Made by a program: the position numbers and the translations under genes
DNA from: Patescibacteria group bacterium
GTDB taxonomy: Bacteria; Patescibacteriota; Microgenomatia; 2-02-FULL-39-11
Direction: 5' to 3'
Assembly (NCBI GenBank): GCA_023379265.1
Contig: JAMCUI010000004.1
Location: 73,273-137,272 of the forward strand
Length of the DNA stretch: 64,000 nt
In this document: positions 1 to 9,872 of the stretch, in pieces
Numbering within the stretch: position 1 is the stretch's first letter
Layout of the letters: each line of letters opens with the position of its first letter
Notes under the pieces: generated by a model
Told to the model about the DNA's origin: nothing
The model's database searches: none
The model's input: the letters and a program-made list of their open reading frames with translations, nothing else

Positions 1-41
1 AAGTTAGGTTAAAATTTCAAACAAATGCTTATAAATTCTGG

Positions 42-641
42 TTAAAAAGGGATATCGTCAGGAGTTATATCTTCACTGACCGGTGACTCTGTTTCTTCAC
101 TCTTTGCCTCATCTTTTTTCTCTGCCGGCTTTACTCCTTTTTTCCCTTTTCCTCCGGTCCCTGCGGTATCACTCTGTGTCGATTTTATGTCGCTACCTGG
201 CTTTGATCCGGTTGGAACAGCCACACCGCTTGGTGAATCAGCCGGTTCCGCTTCGACTGCTTCATTTCTGCCTCCACCCATCTCGTCTTCCTCTTTTACT
301 ACTTTCTTGGAGTCAAGAATTATCATGTCTTCAATGACTATCTCGGTTGATGTATGCTGTACCCCATCCTGTCCTGCCCAAGAATGTGTCGCCAGTCTGC
401 CTTCCACGTACACTTTCCTCCCTTTGGCCAGAAGCTGGGAACAAAGTTCTCCCAATTTGTTCCATGCGACAATCCGGTGGAACTCTGTCTCTTCTTTAGT
501 CTCGCCTGACTGGGTAGTCCATGACCTGTTGGTTGCCAAACCAAAAGTACATACTGCCGTGCCCGCTGGCGTATAGCGGAGTTCCGGATCCCGCGTCAGA
601 TTTCCTATCAGTATGACCTTGTTCAACGATCTGCTTGACAT
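42..641 (-). CDS. ssb: Single-stranded DNA-binding protein
   Basis: LNKVILIGNLTRDPELRYTP OB-fold N-terminus, C-terminal DDIPF tail; GAGGAGG SD upstream. Confidence 0.98.
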   Translation of the reverse strand: MSSRSLNKVILIGNLTRDPELRYTPAGTAVCTFGLATNRSWTTQSGETKEETEFHRIVAWNKLGELCSQLLAKGRKVYVEGRLATHSWAGQDGVQHTSTEIVIEDMIILDSKKVVKEEDEMGGGRNEAVEAEPADSPSGVAVPTGSKPGSDIKSTQSDTAGTGGKGKKGVKPAEKKDEAKSEETESPVSEDITPDDIPF

Positions 642-698
642 ATTTCATCCTCCTCGTGTCGCCAGAAATTCTACCCGGCATTCCATTCCAACGAATGT

Positions 699-1019
699 TT
701 ATTTATCCTTTTTTTCTTTGGCTTTCTTTTTTTGTTCGGGCGGTCTGACAAATAAATAACGCAGGATTGCCTCATTCAGCTTGAACTTTTCCTTTAGTCC
801 TAGAATCTTATCTCCATCTGCTTCCATATCCAAAAGCAAATATTTTCCTTCCTTCTCTTTTTTTATAGGGTAAGATAACTCTCGCTTGCCCCATTCTGTG
901 GTTTTTGTCACTTTGCCTGAAGAGGAAATGATTTTGCCGATTTCCTCTAAAGTCTTTTTTACTTTTTCATCTGCCACAGAAATACGGAATATCAGTGTCA
1001 ATTCATACTTTCTTAGCAT
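699..1019 (-). CDS. rpsF: 30S ribosomal protein S6
   Basis: KYELTLI, WGKRELSYPIKK, ILRYL motifs; rpsF-ssb synteny. Confidence 0.95.
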   Translation of the reverse strand: MLRKYELTLIFRISVADEKVKKTLEEIGKIISSSGKVTKTTEWGKRELSYPIKKEKEGKYLLLDMEADGDKILGLKEKFKLNEAILRYLFVRPPEQKKKAKEKKDK

Positions 1020-1100
1020 GGCGATAGTATACCAGATACAGCTAAAAAATAAAATAGGAAAATGAAAGTGAGTTGATGGTAGCTGTTAATTTTTGGGTAA

Positions 1101-2681
1101 TTATGCTTTTTTCTTTACCGCTTCGCCTTCCGGCGTATCTTCAACTATATATCCCATATTTTCTATTTCTTTTCTCAGTTTATCTGAATCTGCAAATTTC
1201 TTTTCCTCTCTAAACGTTGCCCTTTTCTCCACGAGCTCCTGAATTTCCCTGGGAATCTCAACCTCCTTATCAACCGCAGATCCTAAACCCAAACCCAACA
1301 CGTTATCAAAATCTAAAAGCAGCCCGTATTTCTCACTTTTTCGTATACCGCTTTTCAGCGTATCCCAGACAACTGCCAGTGCTTTGGACATATTCAAATC
1401 ATCGTTCACTGCCCCGATAAATTCACTCTTTAACCTGCCTGCTTCTTCTCTTGTAACTTCCCGGCTTTCCGACTCTTGTCCCGATTGTCCTTTCAACTGT
1501 GTCACCTGGATATACAGATTTTTGAGAGCCGTCTGTGCCGCATCTAGTGCCTTCCATGTAAAATTCATCAAGGATCGGTAATTGGCAGTAAGGAATAAAT
1601 ATCTCAGGGAAAGAAGTTCGTATCCCTTGTCCTCAATGTCTTTCAAACGGTAAAAATTACCCAATGATTTGCTCATTTTCTCACCTTCAACAAGAAGATG
1701 TTGTCCGTGCAACCAGTAGTTTACAAACCTTTTACCGCTTGCTGCCTCGCTTTGGGCTATCTCATTGGTATGATGTATCTGAATATGGTCAACCCCTCCG
1801 GTATGCATGTCAAATGTCTCACCCAATATATTCATACTCATTGCCGAACACTCGATATGCCAGCCGGGGAACCCAATTGTTCGCCCATAATCATCTCTAT
1901 CTTTCTTTTTTATTTTACCTATCGCTTGCATCCTGTCTAATTCCAACCATTGATCTCGCTTATACAACTGTCCCTTAAATGGTCCATCAAACCACCATTC
2001 CATTTGTCGTCTTCCAAACAAACTACCAAAATCATCGGTATCTTGATGAGCATATTCGACACTAAACTTCCATAGGACAAAGTCAGTCACGTTTCTTTTA
2101 CCCTCTACCATTTCTATTCTTGCTCCCGCTCTTAAAGCTTTTTGCATCTGGTCAAAAGACATACCGGTAAGGACTCCGTATGATGGAAATTTTGAAGTAT
2201 CAAAATAAATCCCGTCATCCAATCTATACGTAAATCCTTTCTCCTCTAATCTTTTTACCAATTCAATCATTTCGTTTATATATTCTGTAGCCACTGTGAT
2301 AAACTCCGGTTTTTGGATATTCAGTTTCTTTAACATCAGGAAGAAATCGTCTGTATAAAATTTAGCTATTTCCCAAACCGTTTTTTTCTCGCTGAGTGCA
2401 TCTTTCCCGCTTCGCCGCGAGGCGAGTTCCATCTTATCTTCTCCGGTATCGCCGTCAGAAGTCAGATGTCCCACGTCAGTGATATTCATCACCCGTTTTA
2501 CTTTATAACCGTTCAACTCCAAAACCCTCTGTAGAATATCAGCGAAAATATAAGTCCGGGCATGCCCTATATGGGCATAGTCATATACAGTCGGCCCGCA
2601 GGAATAGTATCCGACCTCCCCCGATTTAATCGGTTTGAATTCTTCAATTTTCCGTGTTAGTGAATTGTATAAACGCAGCAT
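1101..2681 (-). CDS. cysS: Cysteine--tRNA ligase
   Basis: CGPTVY, HIGH, PGWHIECSAM, KMSKS motifs. Confidence 0.98.
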   Translation of the reverse strand: MLRLYNSLTRKIEEFKPIKSGEVGYYSCGPTVYDYAHIGHARTYIFADILQRVLELNGYKVKRVMNITDVGHLTSDGDTGEDKMELASRRSGKDALSEKKTVWEIAKFYTDDFFLMLKKLNIQKPEFITVATEYINEMIELVKRLEEKGFTYRLDDGIYFDTSKFPSYGVLTGMSFDQMQKALRAGARIEMVEGKRNVTDFVLWKFSVEYAHQDTDDFGSLFGRRQMEWWFDGPFKGQLYKRDQWLELDRMQAIGKIKKKDRDDYGRTIGFPGWHIECSAMSMNILGETFDMHTGGVDHIQIHHTNEIAQSEAASGKRFVNYWLHGQHLLVEGEKMSKSLGNFYRLKDIEDKGYELLSLRYLFLTANYRSLMNFTWKALDAAQTALKNLYIQVTQLKGQSGQESESREVTREEAGRLKSEFIGAVNDDLNMSKALAVVWDTLKSGIRKSEKYGLLLDFDNVLGLGLGSAVDKEVEIPREIQELVEKRATFREEKKFADSDKLRKEIENMGYIVEDTPEGEAVKKKA

Positions 2682-2687
2682 AAAAAA

Positions 2688-3197
2688 TTATCCCACCTTT
2701 GTATCTTTTGATAATCCCTCAAATCCTTTTCCTCCAGACTTCCTTTTACCAAAAAGCATTCCCCGCGGCTGTTTCCCGGATGGGGCGGGCATGGATGACC
2801 GCTGTTTTTTTTGAGCTTCCACCTGTGCTGCTTTCTTTTTTTCTTCTTCCTGGACGGTCAGCTCATAAGGCCGCAACTCTTTCTCTTTTGGTGGCAATCT
2901 CATATGTGCTGGCAAACCGCCCGCCGCCTGCAGGAGTTTCCTTGCCTCCTCAATTTTCTTCTCATCCTCAGTCTTAAACTCCCCCTCTTTTTCTTTCAGC
3001 TTATCACCTGTCAGACTGGGATCTCCTAGATTTTTCAGGTAATCACCCATCGTGTTTTCTGATTGCTTCTGTTTTCCCAGTGCCTGTTCCAAAAGCGCCC
3101 CGGGACTGACAGTATCGGCTATCTGTTTTGCCGACTCTTTTACCGCCTCAAATCCTCCTCCAATGATTTTACCTATAATTTTCTTTGCCTTCCCCAT
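2688..3197 (-). CDS. Hypothetical Lys/Glu-rich protein
   Basis: 169-aa ORF co-oriented and tightly packed in the operon; no recognisable motif. Confidence 0.75.
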   Translation of the reverse strand: MGKAKKIIGKIIGGGFEAVKESAKQIADTVSPGALLEQALGKQKQSENTMGDYLKNLGDPSLTGDKLKEKEGEFKTEDEKKIEEARKLLQAAGGLPAHMRLPPKEKELRPYELTVQEEEKKKAAQVEAQKKQRSSMPAPSGKQPRGMLFGKRKSGGKGFEGLSKDTKVG

Positions 3198-3260
3198 AAT
3201 TTCTACATTCTACTTACTACCTACTACTTTCTAAATACTTCTAAGACTTCACGCTTTACG

Positions 3261-3563
3261 CTAAAAGAATCCCAATTTCACCCTTGCTTCTTTACTCATC
3301 TTTTCAGGTGTCCAAGGCGGGTCGAAAGTTAGCTCCACAGTGACATCCTTTACGCCTTTTACCTTGCTAAGCTCCATACGTACCGGGTCGGCTATAAGGT
3401 CAAAAAGAGGACAACCCATGGTAGTCAAAGTCATCACCACTTCCACATTTCCATTTTTATCGGCTTTGACATCATAAACCAAACCCAGATCCACAATTGA
3501 AATACCCAGCTCCGGGTCCGGTATATTTTTCAGTTTTTCCAGAAGCGATTTTTTGGATAACAT
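3261..3563 (-). CDS. DUF59/SufT-PaaD metal-sulfur cluster assembly factor
   Basis: DPELGISIVDLGLVY, TLTTMGCP, FDPPWTPE motifs. Confidence 0.93.
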   Translation of the reverse strand: MLSKKSLLEKLKNIPDPELGISIVDLGLVYDVKADKNGNVEVVMTLTTMGCPLFDLIADPVRMELSKVKGVKDVTVELTFDPPWTPEKMSKEARVKLGFF

Positions 3564-3577
3564 ATTATTTAGGGCTG

Positions 3578-3956
3578 ACTAATATTCCTGCCGGCCTTCA
3601 AGCGATCTGGACAAAGTTACTTCATCAGCATATTCCAAATCCCCTCCTACAGTACTAATATTCCTGCCGGCCTTCAAGCGATCTGGACAAAGTTACTTCA
3701 TCAGCATATTCCAAATCCCCTCCTACAGTACTAATATTCCTGCCGGCCTTCAAGCGATCTGGACAAAGTTACTTCATCAGCATATTCCAAATCCCCTCCT
3801 ACAGTACTAATATTCCTGCCGGCCTTCAAGCGATCTGGACAAAGTTACTTCATCAGCATATTCCAAATCCCCTCCTACAGTACTAATATTCCTGCCGGCC
3901 TTCAAGCGATCTGGACAAAGTTACTTCATCAGCATATTCCAAATCCCCTCCTACAG
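3578..3956. repeat. Tandem repeat, 5 x 76 bp, of the recR 3' end
   Basis: Identical units start at 3578, 3654, 3730, 3806 and 3882; the last lies in the recR coding end. Confidence 0.95.
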
Positions 3957-4506
3957 GCAGCCCGTGAGCCAATCTTGTCATTTTTAACTCATTTAGATTT
4001 GAGTTTTGAGCTTTCAGAATTGAGACTTCACGTCTGATATACATAGCCGTAGCCTCTCCTTCCACATTAGGGTTGGTTGCCAGTATCACTTCCTTTATTT
4101 TACCCGATTTTACCCGCCTCAGAAGCTCGGCTATCTTTATCTCATCAGGACCGATATTGTTTAGCGGGTTTATCGCTCCATGAAGCACATGATAGATACC
4201 CCTGTACTTTCCTGTGCGCTCAAGCGAAAGGATGTCTATGGGTTGTTCTACCACACAGACTATTGATTCATCCCTATCCAGGCTGGCACACACTACACAC
4301 GGATCACTCTCACCTATATTAAAACATTTGGAACAGTAGACGGTTTTATTTTTGAGATTTTTGAGGGAATCGGAAAATTCATCCAGTTCCTCCTGCGGCA
4401 CATGAAGAAGATAAAAAGTCAGCCGGCTGGCGGTTTTTGGACCGATACCGGGCAACCTTTCAAATGCTTCAATAAGTTTTTCAACAGATCTGGGAAGAAT
4501 TTTCAT
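3883..4506 (-). CDS. recR: Recombination mediator RecR
   Basis: LPGIGPKTA HhH, CxxC zinc finger, TOPRIM ATNPNVEGEATA, GGDLEYAD. Confidence 0.98.
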   Translation of the reverse strand: MKILPRSVEKLIEAFERLPGIGPKTASRLTFYLLHVPQEELDEFSDSLKNLKNKTVYCSKCFNIGESDPCVVCASLDRDESIVCVVEQPIDILSLERTGKYRGIYHVLHGAINPLNNIGPDEIKIAELLRRVKSGKIKEVILATNPNVEGEATAMYIRREVSILKAQNSNLNELKMTRLAHGLPVGGDLEYADEVTLSRSLEGRQEY

Positions 4507-4510
4507 TCAC

Positions 4511-5419
4511 TCATTTTATCATCTTTTTTATACCCGAGGCTATTGTGGCTGCAATGGAGAAAACCTTCAGTTTAGGAAACTTGCGGTCAGGAGGAATTAT
4601 TATACTATCCGTTACCCAAACCGCGTCCAAAGGACTGTCCTGGAGTATCTTGTCAGCCCCGCCGACAAAATCAGCGTGCGTGGCTACAGCAATCACTTTT
4701 CTGGCGCCTTTTTCCTTCAAAAGATATGCCGCGTTCACCAGTGTCCCGCCTGTGACAATAACATCATCAACAATGATAGCCGTCTTGTCCTTCACTTCCC
4801 CTACTACTCGCATAGAGAGAATTGTATGCGGACGGTCCAGATCTCTTTTCTTTTCGATTAAAGCAAGCGGCAAATCCAGATGTTCGGCAAACTTCTGTGC
4901 GCGCTTTAGCGCTCCTGCGTCCGGTGTGATAACTACTACCTCATCTTTTATTTTCTCAACTTCCGTCTGGAATACCGACAATCCGGAAACGTGTGTTACC
5001 GGGATTTCAAAAAAACCAAGTATCGCCTCATTGTGAAGTTCGACAGTTACCAGTTTATCATAGCCTACTGATTCAATTAGCTTTGCCACCACATGGGCCG
5101 AGAGGCTTTCTCCCGTACGGTGTAGCCTATCCTGTCTGGCATATCCGTGATATGGCAAAACCGCAATCACTTTCCTTGCCTCTCCCCTTTTGACGGCATC
5201 CCCCAAAAGAAGAAACTCCATCAGGTTTTCGTCAACGGGATTGGAAAGCGACTGGATGATAAAAACATCTTTTCCCTCAACATCTTCCTCGATCCTGACG
5301 CGGCATTCAGAGTCTGCAAACCTGATAATCTCCACTTTCCCAAGTGGAAGTTTTGCTTCTCCGGCTATTTCTTTAGCCAGGGATAAATTGGAATTCCCCG
5401 AAAAAATTACGGATTGCAT
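4511..5419 (-). CDS. prs: Ribose-phosphate pyrophosphokinase (start moved to MQSVIFSG)
   Basis: PYHGYARQDR, PDAGA, IIVDDVIVTGGT PRPP-binding motif. Confidence 0.95.
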   Translation of the reverse strand: MQSVIFSGNSNLSLAKEIAGEAKLPLGKVEIIRFADSECRVRIEEDVEGKDVFIIQSLSNPVDENLMEFLLLGDAVKRGEARKVIAVLPYHGYARQDRLHRTGESLSAHVVAKLIESVGYDKLVTVELHNEAILGFFEIPVTHVSGLSVFQTEVEKIKDEVVVITPDAGALKRAQKFAEHLDLPLALIEKKRDLDRPHTILSMRVVGEVKDKTAIIVDDVIVTGGTLVNAAYLLKEKGARKVIAVATHADFVGGADKILQDSPLDAVWVTDSIIIPPDRKFPKLKVFSIAATIASGIKKMIK

Positions 5420-5522
5420 AAAGCCAAATACATACCTATTATCTTTTTTTTTATTAAAATATGCAACTACCATCTGTATTTCATTTGACAAAACAAAAAA
5501 GTATGATAATGTATGATGAAAG

Positions 5523-7454
5523 ATGGGAAAAGAACAAGCTGATATAGATATTGGAGGTCAAAGCTATAGTCATATAGGACAATACTTTTTCCCTTCACCC
5601 CGTACAAATGACGGGATCCCTATGCACCCTCATGCGTTATCCACCCCCGATAATGGCTGGATTGAATATGCCGTACCAGTGGACAAAGTGGCTTCTGACA
5701 AACTGGCACTTCGAAAAGCTTCTGACGCATTTTTCTCCGAATGGTCATCGGAAAGCGGATTTAGTCCTGCAACCAAAAGAGCTGTTTTTAAGATTTTAAC
5801 AGGATTTGAGCCTCCTCAAAGGGATACTATTTTCAGAAGAAAGTCTGACTTTTCTCCTCAAGCCGCTTACGCATCTGTATCTGTCTTAAAACCTTCAACG
5901 GTTGTAAAAAAAGAAAAATCAGTATTTCAGCTTAAGGGTGATATAGAACCTGGCATGATGGACCATTGGCCTCCCCCTCCACCCGAAGCATACCTGGGAC
6001 AACTGATACGACTGGCAAAAAAAGACCCAAAGCACCCGCTCAAAAAAACCGTCATGGGAGGTGGCCTACTTCCTGAAGAAACGCTCTTTGACTTTTGGGA
6101 TTTACTCACTTCTGACGTTTTTGACGAAATCAGATCCTGGCAACCCCGTAATAAATTAGTGGACCGGGAAAGAGTCCTTGATAGTCTGCAATACGCAAGA
6201 GATGGTGCAGGAGGAGCACCGTCACTTCATGAAAAGATAGTCAGGTATTATTTAAGCCACCAGGATGCTAGAAGAATTGAGAAAGTACATGGAAAGAAAA
6301 ACTCGATTGATGCTGTATGGATGATGAACGGTTCGCAGGACGTACTGCATAGTATGTTAAAAACAATGGTTGAGTACAGAAGAGACAAACATAAACCTGC
6401 TGTTGTGGCAGTCACTGAATCGACCTACGCAGGAGTCTTGATGGCGGCACAGGAAATGATGGAGCGAAACGAGCTGAAATTCAGAATAGTGAAACAGGAC
6501 GAAGACGGTACTATAGATCTTGACGATCTTGACCAAGCACTCAGTACCGGTAACTGTGATTCATTTTACACCTCTGAAGGAAACCCGCTGCCTCTCCCCA
6601 TAGGAAACAAAAAAGAAATTGCAAATATGATTAGGAAAAAACATAAAAATATTATGGTATGGGAAGACAGGGCATATCGCGACCTTGGTTTGGACGACAA
6701 TAATACTTTTGGTAGATTTCTTCCCGACCAGACTGTAACAATAGAAACTACGTCAAAAAAACTTGCGCCAGGTATGCGTCTTGGCATTGTGCATACTGCA
6801 ATACGAAAAGACAAATGCAAAAGGTTGAGGCAAGCGATGCTCGGACCTGATTATAACCAGACATTGGGGCTGCCCGGGATGACCCAGATGATTATGGCAG
6901 GACTAATGATGGTAGATGAAAAAACGGGTAAATTCCGGCGGCATGTGGAAAGCGTTGCCAGAAATTATGAGAAGAGAAGAAAAATATACGCCCAGACATA
7001 TGAAGAAATGTTGAAAATTGCATATGGAGATAAATTTACTAAACTCACAGATTATGTACTTATTGGCGCAGGAATGTTTGGTTACAGAAAAGCTCCTGTT
7101 GATTCAGTAAAATACAGCGACGCCGGCGTGGAAATTGGCGTATTCTCACTACCTGGAACAGAATGTATCCCAGCGAAAAAATATTCTGCGGGTCCAAATC
7201 CCGAGAAATCAAAATATACCCGCTTTCTCAGGCAAAATTACTCCTTTGAGACACCAACTGCTTTGAAAATCGGTATAGCCAAAGATGTGGCACTCCAAGT
7301 TTTATTCGATAAAAGTATTTCCGGAGATTCAAAAGAACTCATTCTTAGAGAGCTTTTGGGGAAAGCAGAACAGTTTGGCGGCGAGAAAAGGCCTGAATTC
7401 GCAGACGTGATAAGAAAAGCAAAAACCTCAGGCTGGACTTGGCCTGCTGCTTAG
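5523..7454 (+). CDS. Divergent PLP-dependent class I/II aminotransferase-like protein with long N-terminal extension
   Basis: NGSQD, EDRAY and TSKKLAPGMRLG (PLP-lysine motif of MocR/LysN-type enzymes). Confidence 0.75.
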   Translation: MGKEQADIDIGGQSYSHIGQYFFPSPRTNDGIPMHPHALSTPDNGWIEYAVPVDKVASDKLALRKASDAFFSEWSSESGFSPATKRAVFKILTGFEPPQRDTIFRRKSDFSPQAAYASVSVLKPSTVVKKEKSVFQLKGDIEPGMMDHWPPPPPEAYLGQLIRLAKKDPKHPLKKTVMGGGLLPEETLFDFWDLLTSDVFDEIRSWQPRNKLVDRERVLDSLQYARDGAGGAPSLHEKIVRYYLSHQDARRIEKVHGKKNSIDAVWMMNGSQDVLHSMLKTMVEYRRDKHKPAVVAVTESTYAGVLMAAQEMMERNELKFRIVKQDEDGTIDLDDLDQALSTGNCDSFYTSEGNPLPLPIGNKKEIANMIRKKHKNIMVWEDRAYRDLGLDDNNTFGRFLPDQTVTIETTSKKLAPGMRLGIVHTAIRKDKCKRLRQAMLGPDYNQTLGLPGMTQMIMAGLMMVDEKTGKFRRHVESVARNYEKRRKIYAQTYEEMLKIAYGDKFTKLTDYVLIGAGMFGYRKAPVDSVKYSDAGVEIGVFSLPGTECIPAKKYSAGPNPEKSKYTRFLRQNYSFETPTALKIGIAKDVALQVLFDKSISGDSKELILRELLGKAEQFGGEKRPEFADVIRKAKTSGWTWPAA

Positions 7455-7464
7455 AAATAAGGAA

Positions 7465-8619
7465 TTATATTTTCGCTAAACCCTGTTTTAAGTCAGCAAT
7501 CAAATCCTTAATATCTTCGATACCCACTGAGAGTCTAATAAGTCCGTCAGACAGACCGATTTTTTCCCTCTCCTCTTTTGGCACAGACGCATGGGTCATT
7601 GAAGCCGGGTGCTCTATCAAAGATTCCACAACTCCCAAACTTTCGGCTACAGATATGAGCTTTAATGATTCGAGAAACTTTATTGACTGGGATAGTGTTG
7701 CCATAAGTTCAAATGATACCATTCCTCCAAATCCGCTCATCTGTTTTTTTGCAATATTGTACCCCGGATGAGTTGGTAAACCCGGATAATATACCTTTTT
7801 GACTTTTTTATGGCGGGAAAGGAATTCCACCACCTTCTTCGCGTTTTCCTCATGTTTTTGCATCCTAAGGGGCAAAGTCTTTATCCCCTTTAACACCTGG
7901 AAACTGTCAAACGGTGAAAGTATGGACCCTACAGCGTTTTGCAGGAACTTTATCCTGTTTGCCAAACCAGCGTCATTTACCACCGCACAACCGGCGATTA
8001 CATCACTATGTCCGCCGATATACTTGGTCATGGAATGGACTACAACATCTGCTCCCAAATCAAGAGGCTTCTGGAAATAAGGGGAAGCAAAAGTGTTATC
8101 TGTTACTGATAAAATTTTTTTAGCTTTTGTGGTCCTGCAGACGTCTTTTATATCGATAATTTTCAAAAGAGGGTTTGACGGTGATTCAAGCCAGACCATT
8201 TTCGTATTGTCCTTAAGATGTTTTTCCAGCTCTTTTCCACTGGCAAAACTGGCGAATGTAAACTCCAGCCCAAACTGTTCAAAGACCTGCACAAAAAGCC
8301 TTCTTGTCCCTCCGTATACGTCATCTATTGAAACCACGTGGTCGCCTTTTTTAAGGAGTAGCAAAACATTTGTTATGGCCGCAAGGCCTGAAGAAAAAGC
8401 AAAGGCATATCTTCCGTTTTCCAAAGATGCAAGATTCTTTTCCAAAGCATATCTGGTCGGATTGCCCGACCTGGAATATTCATATCCGGCCGTTGGCTCC
8501 CCTACTTTTCTTCTGGCAAAGGTTGTGGCAAGATGGATGGGAACTACCACGTCTCCACTCCCTCCCTTTTCCAGATTAGGTTCATTTCCGGTATGTATGG
8601 CACTCGTGCTAAATTTCAT
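7465..8619 (-). CDS. Cystathionine gamma-lyase/synthase (Cys/Met metabolism PLP enzyme)
   Basis: YEYSRSGNPTR, ESPSNP, DNTFASP, HSMTKYIGGHSD, RLSVGIE; start at MKFST preferred. Confidence 0.93.
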   Translation of the reverse strand: MKFSTSAIHTGNEPNLEKGGSGDVVVPIHLATTFARRKVGEPTAGYEYSRSGNPTRYALEKNLASLENGRYAFAFSSGLAAITNVLLLLKKGDHVVSIDDVYGGTRRLFVQVFEQFGLEFTFASFASGKELEKHLKDNTKMVWLESPSNPLLKIIDIKDVCRTTKAKKILSVTDNTFASPYFQKPLDLGADVVVHSMTKYIGGHSDVIAGCAVVNDAGLANRIKFLQNAVGSILSPFDSFQVLKGIKTLPLRMQKHEENAKKVVEFLSRHKKVKKVYYPGLPTHPGYNIAKKQMSGFGGMVSFELMATLSQSIKFLESLKLISVAESLGVVESLIEHPASMTHASVPKEEREKIGLSDGLIRLSVGIEDIKDLIADLKQGLAKI

Positions 8620-9607
8620 ATTTATCTCCCTTATCTTTACCATTAATAAAACCTTCTTTCATCAACCATTCGTCATTGTAGAATTTTGACAGGTAGTTGC
8701 GGCCGGAATCAGGAAATATCATTACCACCAGACCCCTTTTTAATCTTTTTGAGATCTTTATGGCAGCATAAAGAGCCATACCGGATGAACCTCCGGCCAG
8801 TATGCCTTCTCTTCGGGCTAAATTTCTGGCTGCCATAAATGCTTCTTTATCCCCCACTTTCAACACTTCATCAACTACGGAAAAATCCATTGTGCCTGGC
8901 AGAAAATCTTCTCCCACACCTTCCAGTTTATATGTTTTTAGTATATTGGGGATTTTTTTCCTCTTGAAATAATCAAAATAGACAGAACCTTTGGGATCAA
9001 CACCTACGATTTTTATTCTCTTATTCTTTTCTTTGAGGTATTTGCCTATCCCGCTTATTGTACCACCAGTTCCCATGGCTATTACCACATGCGTGACGCG
9101 TCCGTTCGTCTGTTTCCAGATTTCCGGGCCGGTAGTCTTATAGTGTGCCAATGGATTTGCTTCATTTTCATACTGATTTGGTTTAAAACCTTTTATCTCT
9201 TTTTCCAGCCTGTCGGATACTTTGTAATAACTCCTCTCATCCTCTGGGGAAACACCGGTCGGCGTCACGACTACTTTTGCTCCGTAAGATCTGAGCAGGT
9301 TTCTCTTTTCCTCGCTCATCTTATCGGGCATGACAAAAACAGATCTATAACCACGGATGGCAGCTATCTGGGCAAGTCCAACGCCGGTATTCCCGGAGGT
9401 AGGCTCGACAATTATCCCTCCCTTTTTCAGCTTTCCCTCTTTTTCTGCCCTGTCAACCATAAAAGGACCGACTCTATCCTTTATACTGCCTCCGGGATTT
9501 AAGAATTCAAGTTTGGCCAACATTAAAACATGTGGATTTGGATTAAGTTTATTAATTTTCACAAGAGGCGTATTGCCAATGACCTCTAAAATATTGTTGT
9601 AATACAT
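8609..9607 (-). CDS. Cystathionine beta-synthase / cysteine synthase family enzyme
   Basis: IGNTPLV, NPGGSIKDR, EPTSGNTG, GTGGT, PDSGRNYLSKFYNDEW (CBS-like C-terminus). Confidence 0.93.
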   Translation of the reverse strand: MYYNNILEVIGNTPLVKINKLNPNPHVLMLAKLEFLNPGGSIKDRVGPFMVDRAEKEGKLKKGGIIVEPTSGNTGVGLAQIAAIRGYRSVFVMPDKMSEEKRNLLRSYGAKVVVTPTGVSPEDERSYYKVSDRLEKEIKGFKPNQYENEANPLAHYKTTGPEIWKQTNGRVTHVVIAMGTGGTISGIGKYLKEKNKRIKIVGVDPKGSVYFDYFKRKKIPNILKTYKLEGVGEDFLPGTMDFSVVDEVLKVGDKEAFMAARNLARREGILAGGSSGMALYAAIKISKRLKRGLVVMIFPDSGRNYLSKFYNDEWLMKEGFINGKDKGDKYEI

Positions 9608-9634
9608 AAAAAAAACCTCCCTTTTGGGGGAGGT
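9608..9634 (-). terminator. Attenuator terminator immediately before the CBS start codon
   Basis: Minus strand ACCTCCC-CCAAAA-GGGAGGT followed by a T run directly abutting the ATG. Confidence 0.85.
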
Positions 9635-9664
9635 CGTACTTCTAAAATTTATAATTCTACTTCA

Positions 9665-9733
9665 CTAACAGACGTACCTCCCCTTTTTTGGCGAGGTACA
9701 ACAACAAACTAAATTTATAAATCTGACAGTCAT
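9665..9733 (-). CDS. Cys-rich leader peptide MTVRFINLVCCCTSPKKGRYVC (22 aa)
   Basis: ATG..TGT TGT TGT..TAG read manually; overlaps alternative hairpins; upstream of cysteine biosynthesis genes. Confidence 0.85.
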   Translation of the reverse strand: MTVRFINLVCCCTSPKKGRYVC

Positions 9734-9741
9734 AATCTGCT

Positions 9742-9770
9742 ATATTAATAAACTTTTTTCTCCAAGTCAA
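9742..9770 (-). promoter_or_regulatory. sigma70-type promoter for the Cys leader
   Basis: TTGACT-17 nt-TAATAT, 8 nt before the leader ATG. Confidence 0.65.
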
Positions 9771-9790
9771 ATTCTTCTATAAATTTTGCC

Positions 9791-9867
9791 ACTTTCTAAA
9801 CTTTAAGAACCTTACGGACTTTATGAACTTTATGAACTTTATGAACTTTATGAACTTTATGAACTTT
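9791..9867. repeat. 9-bp tandem repeat (ACTTTATGA x5 plus degenerate units)
   Basis: Directly visible between the DUF62 gene and the Cys promoter. Confidence 0.9.
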
Positions 9868-9872
9868 CCACT

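Noticed and set aside
3578-3956. Possible CRISPR array
   Set aside because: Units are contiguous identical copies of recR coding sequence with no unique spacers, and there are no cas genes in the window.
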